A stretch of 64,000 bases of DNA from Flavobacteriales bacterium (lineage in GTDB: Bacteria > Bacteroidota > Bacteroidia > Flavobacteriales_D > Crocinitomicaceae). The position numbers were made by a program, and so were the translations under genes. Shown here piece after piece: positions 58,969-64,000 of the stretch; the stretch's first letter is position 1, and each line of letters begins with the position of its first letter. The notes under the pieces were generated by a model. It was given only the letters and a program-made list of their open reading frames with translations. It was not told the origin of the DNA and made no database searches. The DNA is taken from contig CANFJL010000007.1 in the NCBI GenBank assembly GCA_947447525.1, positions 99,076-163,075 on the forward strand, read 5' to 3'.

Positions 58969-59622
58969 TTATACTTTTATGCCAAATGCTAAATCCCCAG
59001 CATCACCTAATCCAGGCACTATATAGGACTGAGCCGTTAACTCATCATCAATGGCACCTACCCAAAATTCTGTATTGGGAGGCAATTGATTTTTTAAAGA
59101 TTCAATGGCAAACGAACTTGCAATCGCAGAAACAATAATCAATTTTTTAGGAGCTCCGTTAATTTTAAGCGTATTGTATACTGCTAACATAGAATTTCCT
59201 GTCGCCAACATAGGATCGCTTATGATCCAAATTTTATTGTCTAATGGCGGTGCTGCAAGATATTCGACAAATATTTCGAAATCTTCGGGGCTCAAATGTT
59301 TTCTGTAGGCAGAAATAAAAGCGCTATCTGCTTTATCAAATGTACGCATAAGTCCCTGATGCATGGCCAATCCAGCGCGCAGTATGGTAATTAATACAGG
59401 TTGCTCCAGCAATAACTTACAAGAAGAAATACCTAAAGGTGTAATAATTTCCTTTGAAGAATAGGCTAAATTTTTAGAAAGTTCATAACCCATTATTTCT
59501 GCAATACGTTCCATATTCAGTCTGAAACGAAGTGCATCTTTCTGAACTTGTTCATCTCTGATTTCAGCAATATAGCTTCCTAAAATGGATGCGTGATCGG
59601 AAAAATTATAAACCATAATCAA
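58969..59622 (-). CDS. upp: uracil phosphoribosyltransferase
   Basis: PRPP-binding ISDPMLATGNS motif and C-terminal YIVPGLGDAGD motif. Confidence 0.95.
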   Translation of the reverse strand: MIMVYNFSDHASILGSYIAEIRDEQVQKDALRFRLNMERIAEIMGYELSKNLAYSSKEIITPLGISSCKLLLEQPVLITILRAGLAMHQGLMRTFDKADSAFISAYRKHLSPEDFEIFVEYLAAPPLDNKIWIISDPMLATGNSMLAVYNTLKINGAPKKLIIVSAIASSFAIESLKNQLPPNTEFWVGAIDDELTAQSYIVPGLGDAGDLAFGIKV

Positions 59623-59726
59623 CTATTGATTTTTTTGATAAAGTTAGTCAGAAAATCAAGTTAAATTAAGAATTAACAAAGATTAATGTAATTTAACAAA
59701 TCAAAGATTTTTCCTATTTTTAGCAG

Positions 59727-61016
59727 ATGAATCAATCGAATAAAAAAATAATTTTTGTTGTTATTGTTGCTGCTCTAGGATACTTTGTAGACATCTACGA
59801 TTTGGTACTCTTTGGCGTTGTAAAAGCAGACAGTCTAAAAGCAATTATGCCAAGAGCTAGCATACTAGAACAAGCGGCAATGGGCAAACACCTATTCAAT
59901 ATGCAAATGTTAGGCATGCTCATTGGGGGATTGATTTGGGGGATTTTAGGTGATAAAAAAGGGCGATTAAAAGTGCTTTTTGGTTCTATTCTGCTCTACT
60001 CTATTGCTAATATCACCAATGCTTTTGTAACAGACACCTTTAGTTATTCTTTGATTCGAATAGTAGCAGGTATTGGTTTAGCGGGAGAATTAGGTGCCGG
60101 AATAACATTAGTTTCTGAAATGATGTCCAAGGAAAAACGTGGCTATGGCACAATGATTATAGTAACTTTTGGAGCATTAGGCGCAGTAGTTGCTTCACTC
60201 GTAGGCTCAACTGGCGCTGGTTTAGCTACTTTATTTTCAAATATTTTCAATTTTCAAATTGCACCTTGGCAAGCCGCTTATTTATTGGGTGGAATAATGG
60301 GATTAACCTTATTATTCTTGCGTGTAGGAACCATCGAATCTAATTTCTTTAATACCATTAAATCCAAAGAAAGTGTAAAGAAAGGATCTTTTAAAATTTT
60401 ATTCTCTTCTCGAAAAAACATCTTGAAATATCTTTATTGTATTTTGATTGGCATTCCTATTTGGTATGTTATTGGATTAATTATAATGAATTCAAAAGAC
60501 GATTTTGGACCATGGCTTGGCCTTTCCAATGTAAGTAATGGAAAAGCAGTAATGTATGCCTATATTGGTTTATCATTGGGAGATCTAATTTCTGGATTTT
60601 TAAGTCAATGGTTGAAAAGTAGAAAATTTGTAGTAAAAATTTATTTAGGATTTACAGCAATAACTTGCCTAATATTCTTGATCTTCATTAAACAAATAAG
60701 CCTTGAGAATTATTATTTATTTTGCTTTCTCTTAGGAACAGGCACTGGTTATTGGGCTATTTTTGTAACCATTGCAGCGGAACAATTTGGCACAAATATT
60801 AGATCTACCGCTGCAAACACCATTCCTAATTTTGTGAGAGGATCGGTTAACCTTATTATACTTTTATTCGGATTTTTACTTTCTATGTCCTGCACAACAG
60901 GTGTTGCGGCATTGATAATAGGATTTCTCTTGATTTTACTTGCTTTTTTCAGTTTGAGTAAGTTAGACGAGACCTTTGGAAAAGATTTAAATTATCTAGA
61001 GGAAGAAACTACTTAA
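59727..61016 (+). CDS. MFS transporter
   Basis: 12 predicted TM helices. GILGDKKGRL loop 2-3 motif typical of the major facilitator superfamily. Confidence 0.85.
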   Translation: MNQSNKKIIFVVIVAALGYFVDIYDLVLFGVVKADSLKAIMPRASILEQAAMGKHLFNMQMLGMLIGGLIWGILGDKKGRLKVLFGSILLYSIANITNAFVTDTFSYSLIRIVAGIGLAGELGAGITLVSEMMSKEKRGYGTMIIVTFGALGAVVASLVGSTGAGLATLFSNIFNFQIAPWQAAYLLGGIMGLTLLFLRVGTIESNFFNTIKSKESVKKGSFKILFSSRKNILKYLYCILIGIPIWYVIGLIIMNSKDDFGPWLGLSNVSNGKAVMYAYIGLSLGDLISGFLSQWLKSRKFVVKIYLGFTAITCLIFLIFIKQISLENYYLFCFLLGTGTGYWAIFVTIAAEQFGTNIRSTAANTIPNFVRGSVNLIILLFGFLLSMSCTTGVAALIIGFLLILLAFFSLSKLDETFGKDLNYLEEETT

Positions 61017-61017
61017 T

Positions 61018-61364
61018 GCCCACCTGCTTTGCAGGAATTGAGCTTTTTTCATTTTCTTCCTCATTCAAACAAGTTTGATTCGGGCCGCGGATTATCAAGC
61101 TGCGTCATACTTCCTGGCTTGATGATCATAAGGGTTTACTCACCGCACCATTTAAAAGCCCACCTGCTTTGCAGGAATTGAGCTTTTTTCATTTTCTTCC
61201 TCATTCAAACAAGTTTGATTCGGGCCGCGGATTATCAAGCTGCGGCATGCTTCCTGGCTTGATGATCATAAGGGTTTACTCACCGCACCATTTAAAAGCC
61301 CACCTGCTTTGCAGGAATTGAGCTTTTTTCATTTTCTTCCTCATTCAAACAAGTTTGATTCGGG
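61018..61364. repeat. tandem repeat, 140-bp unit x 2.5 copies (A-B-A-B-A; A=67 bp, B=73 bp)
   Basis: Direct reading. Unit starts at 61018, 61158 and 61298. Copies 1 and 2 differ at only two positions (61105 T vs 61245 G; 61109 A vs 61249 G). The third copy is the A part only. Confidence 0.95.
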
Positions 61365-61378
61365 AAAATGAAAAAAGC
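61322..61378. terminator. long hairpin (15-bp stem GCTTTTTTCATTTTC / GAAAATGAAAAAAGC, 27-nt loop), possible bidirectional terminator
   Basis: Perfect 15-bp inverted repeat between the last A copy and the unique flank. Lies between the convergent MFS gene and tRNA-Leu. Confidence 0.45.
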
Positions 61379-61406
61379 CCAATATAAAAAATACTGGACT
61401 TTTAAT

Positions 61407-61491
61407 TGGTGCCCACGACTGGATTCGAACCAGCACACCTAATGGCACCACCCCCTCAAGATGGCATGTCTACCAATTTCACCACGTGGGC
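61407..61491 (-). tRNA. tRNA-Leu (anticodon GAG), class II with long variable arm, CCA encoded
   Basis: Hand-folded. Acceptor GCCCACG/CGTGGGC, anticodon stem CCATC/GGTGG with loop TTGAGGG, T arm GCTGG-TTCGAAT-CCAGT, 3' ACCA. Confidence 0.9.
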
Positions 61492-61547
61492 ATAAAATTT
61501 AATATGAGAACTTAAAAAAATTAACATTGCTAATTTTTAAGTGTGCC

Positions 61548-61555
61548 CAAAGATA
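61548..61555 (-). promoter_or_regulatory. -7 promoter motif TAnnTTTG (TATCTTTG on minus strand) upstream of tRNA-Leu
   Basis: Exact motif about 57 nt upstream of the mature tRNA 5' end. Confidence 0.3.
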
Positions 61556-61645
61556 GATAAATCTCGAAAATCTTTTACGCTAAAATTATATTCGCCAAAA
61601 ATTAATCTTTAACTTTAAGAAAATATTTCATAAAAGAGGAAAAAT

Positions 61646-61837
61646 ATGCGACTTCTGAATATGCTTTCAATATTTATTGGTAGTGGAATTGGATACATTT
61701 ATTACCTCAATTTCCCTTGTCAAAATCAATGTTCAATTACCTCCAATCCGTTCGCCAGCATGATATTTGGTGGATTATTCGGCGGACTACTATTTCAAAT
61801 ATTTTCGACAATAAAAAAATATAAAGAAGGAAATTGA
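61646..61837 (+). CDS. small membrane protein, DUF6132-like
   Basis: 63 aa, two TM helices flanking a C-x3-C...ITSNP motif. Family name is from memory. Confidence 0.5.
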   Translation: MRLLNMLSIFIGSGIGYIYYLNFPCQNQCSITSNPFASMIFGGLFGGLLFQIFSTIKKYKEGN

Positions 61838-62718
61838 AAAAAAACACTCTTTTAATAAGTTTGATTTTTCTAGTCTTCAGCCAAGGCTCATGGGGCCAAA
61901 CTTTTAGTTTTGATAAATTAAATCAAAGACGCAATTGGCGGATCAATAAAAGAGAATTTCAATTAGGTCTTTGCGCAACTCAATTTAATGGTGATTTGGG
62001 CGGTGCAGGCGGCAATGGAATTGATTACAGTACAAAAGATATAGATTGGCAATCCACCGGATCAGGACTTGAAATAGCCTATAAATATAGATTTAAGCCT
62101 TATTTTGCGACTAAAACATGTGTCAGTTATTTCAAAGTTCAAGCAGATGATAAATATTCTGAAGAAGGAACTAGAAACATGCGGAATTTACATTTCAGAA
62201 GCAAAAGCTTTGATATCAGTCAACGAATAGAGCTAATTGTTTTGGCAAATGAAAGTAATGGTAGATTTTACAATCTTACTTCTAAAGCACGCAAAAACAA
62301 TTCAAACTGGCAACTTTATCTTTTTGGTGGAATAGGTTTGATGTATTTTAATCCACAAGCGATGTACAATGGAACATGGACTAATCTTCAAGCATTAAAA
62401 ACAGAAGGTCAATCGACACCATATTCTCGAACTACTTTTATTATTCCATCTGGATTTGGAATGCGCTTTGGGGTAAATGAACGCTTCAGAGTTGGTATTG
62501 AATTAGCGTACACAAAGACATTTTCAGATTATATCGATGACGTGAGCACAACATACGCCTCGATAAATAATCTAAGTTCTCCAGCTGCTGTTTTTCTAGC
62601 CAACCCAAGTGGTAACATAAGTACTTATGGCCCTGGTGAAAAAAGAGGTGACCCTAATCAAAAAGATGCGTATTATAAATTAAGTTTTCAATTAATCTAT
62701 AATCTCTACCATCGCTAA
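61834..62718 (+). CDS. outer-membrane beta-barrel protein (DUF6089-like)
   Basis: Signal peptide and alternating aromatic/hydrophobic strands. TTG start overlaps the upstream stop. Confidence 0.55.
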   Translation: MKKNTLLISLIFLVFSQGSWGQTFSFDKLNQRRNWRINKREFQLGLCATQFNGDLGGAGGNGIDYSTKDIDWQSTGSGLEIAYKYRFKPYFATKTCVSYFKVQADDKYSEEGTRNMRNLHFRSKSFDISQRIELIVLANESNGRFYNLTSKARKNNSNWQLYLFGGIGLMYFNPQAMYNGTWTNLQALKTEGQSTPYSRTTFIIPSGFGMRFGVNERFRVGIELAYTKTFSDYIDDVSTTYASINNLSSPAAVFLANPSGNISTYGPGEKRGDPNQKDAYYKLSFQLIYNLYHR

Positions 62719-62727
62719 AAAATTAAG

Positions 62728-62756
62728 CAAAAAAAAACCGCCGAAGCGGTTCTTTT
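62728..62756. terminator. bidirectional rho-independent terminator
   Basis: A-run, AACCGC-CGAA-GCGGTT hairpin, then CTTTT. Lies between convergent genes. Confidence 0.7.
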
Positions 62757-62769
62757 AAAAAAGCTGTAA

Positions 62770-63135
62770 TTACTTTAAATATTTTTCCATAAATGCACCA
62801 ACAGTAATGATGTCATCACCAATATGCACATCAGTTGCACCAGATGCCATTAAAAAACGACCTATTATCATTCTTGACTGCTCGTCATTGTTTAATAATT
62901 TAACGACCGCTTTATTGGTGTTTGCATCAAAACTGATTTTTAAATTCTCAGTATAATATTTACTTACCTCATCAATTTTATCAGTCGTAATATCAGAACC
63001 CATTGTAAAGGTATAAGTCCCACTAGTTTTTGATTGGATTAATTGTTTCGGCGTTTCGCTAATTGCATAAGACTGTGCATTAACATTAGAGAAAGCGACA
63101 AATAATAAGGCAAGTGTAAAAAGTATTTTTTTCAT
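62770..63135 (-). CDS. hypothetical small secreted protein
   Basis: 121 aa with signal peptide MKKILFTLALLFVAFSNVNAQ. No recognisable domain. Confidence 0.5.
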   Translation of the reverse strand: MKKILFTLALLFVAFSNVNAQSYAISETPKQLIQSKTSGTYTFTMGSDITTDKIDEVSKYYTENLKISFDANTNKAVVKLLNNDEQSRMIIGRFLMASGATDVHIGDDIITVGAFMEKYLK

Positions 63136-63240
63136 TTTCTTAGTTTTTAGTTCATGCTAAATTAATCAAAAAAATTCGTGAAATAAATTTGTCAAATAAT
63201 TTAACAAAATAATAAATAATTTTTTGGGCAATACTTTATA

Positions 63241-64000
63241 CTATTTAAAGATATCACGCATTACTTGACCGCTGGAAGTTGCTCCATTAATATGCAATAA
63301 TTCTAGTATGGTTGCATGCACATCTATTAAACTATGAGTACTTGAATTGATTGTATTCGTTTTAAAATCTGGTCCATAACAATAAAGATTAATATGTCGA
63401 CAACCTTCACAGTCGTCACCATGAGAAACAAAACCATTTTGAACATTGTTAAGATGTCTTCCATGATCATTTGAAATAAATAAACTTGTTTTATCCTTAT
63501 AAACCGGATCAGATTGAATTTTTTTCCAAATTTCATAACAATAAGCATCTGAATTTTTGATTCCTACCAGGTAGTTTCCCCAATTATTTTGATGTCCTGA
63601 AAAATCTGGCTCTCTAAAATTAACCAATAATAATTTTGGATGATATGCATTCATGACTTCAATTACCTTTTTAAAAGTAATACTGTCGTGGCGGTATCCA
63701 CTTCCTAAACCCGAAATACCACAATCAGTTGACGGCATGCTTTTATTCTTCCAACGCGTGTCTTTGCAATTGGCCAAGACTTGCAATTTATCTTTACTTG
63801 CAATAATCCATGCCTCTTTCTGATCATTTCCACTTTCATTCAACCAATGCTGAAATAAAGAAGAATGAACTGGTAATTCTTGTCCACCATTATTAATTGC
63901 TTGATAATATCCTGTAGTAAGTGCTGTATGGCCATTGGTAGTCCATGTTTGACCTAAATTGTAATAGGAGGTAAAAACTATTCCTTCAGGCGCTAAAACG
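63241..64000 (-). CDS. alkaline-phosphatase-superfamily protein, C-terminal part (5' end outside window)
   Basis: My own translation shows the frame stays open upstream of the track's ATG at 63843, out to base 64000. GHTALTTG, EPDFSGH and ISNDHGRH metal-site-like motifs. Confidence 0.7.
   Translation of the reverse strand, partial: VLAPEGIVFTSYYNLGQTWTTNGHTALTTGYYQAINNGGQELPVHSSLFQHWLNESGNDQKEAWIIASKDKLQVLANCKDTRWKNKSMPSTDCGISGLGSGYRHDSITFKKVIEVMNAYHPKLLLVNFREPDFSGHQNNWGNYLVGIKNSDAYCYEIWKKIQSDPVYKDKTSLFISNDHGRHLNNVQNGFVSHGDDCEGCRHINLYCYGPDFKTNTINSSTHSLIDVHATILELLHINGATSSGQVMRDIFK

Noticed and set aside
61085-61157. B segment of the repeat as a tRNA or pseudo-tRNA. It ends in ...CACCGCACCA, and GCGG...CCGC could pair as an acceptor stem.
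   Set aside because: Only about 64 nt are available and only 4 acceptor base pairs form. There is no T-loop (GTTCRA) or D-arm, and the central hairpin has a 16-nt loop. No cloverleaf can be drawn.
61018-61364. CRISPR array
   Set aside because: The whole 140-bp period is repeated nearly identically. There are no short repeats alternating with unique spacers, and no cas genes in the window.
61018-61491. Integrative mobile element inserted at tRNA-Leu, with the repeats as att sites.
   Set aside because: No integrase or other mobile-element gene flanks the tRNA on either side. The repeats do not contain a direct copy of the tRNA 3' end, and the flanking genes look like ordinary core genes.

Overview
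AT-rich window (about mid-30s % GC by eye, not computed), densely coding. It looks like a core chromosomal segment of a Bacteroidota/Flavobacteriia-type organism. Support: several proteins end in T9SS-type C-terminal sorting domains, TAnnTTTG -7 promoter motifs sit just upstream of many starts, ccoN and ccoO are fused, and DUF2147, DUF4301-like and DUF6132-like families are present. Most genes are housekeeping: proS, prfC, ndk, mdh, mutL, lipA, upp, rlmB, ridA, a 2-oxoacid dehydrogenase E2 and one tRNA-Leu(GAG). The largest functional block is a complete cbb3 oxidase module at 41.4-52.5 kb: FNR-like regulator, hemN, ccoI, ccoS, ccoNO, ccoQ-like, ccoP, ccoG, fixH and a TauE/DsbD_2-like gene. 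I found no CRISPR array, transposase, integrase, toxin-antitoxin pair or recognisable defence system, and I cannot claim a clearly novel system. The best candidates for a second look are: (1) an overlapping sulfotransferase-like / 49-codon micro-ORF / alkaline-phosphatase-superfamily-TPR cassette whose large protein ends in a degenerate copy of the sulfotransferase-like domain (4973-8163); (2) a 140-bp noncoding unit present as 2.5 near-identical tandem copies next to tRNA-Leu, ending in a 15-bp-stem hairpin (61018-61378); (3) two FNR/CRP-type palindromes, each centred exactly 33 bp upstream of a -7 motif, in front of hemN and ccoS; (4) an ECF sigma factor coupled to a membrane-anchored partner with a T9SS type-B-like C-terminal domain; (5) a GT2 glycosyltransferase fused to an apparently decayed polyprenyl-phosphate sugar transferase scaffold; (6) a CcoP whose two haem c domains are split by a multi-TM insert. 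All functional calls come from reading motifs by eye, with no database searches.
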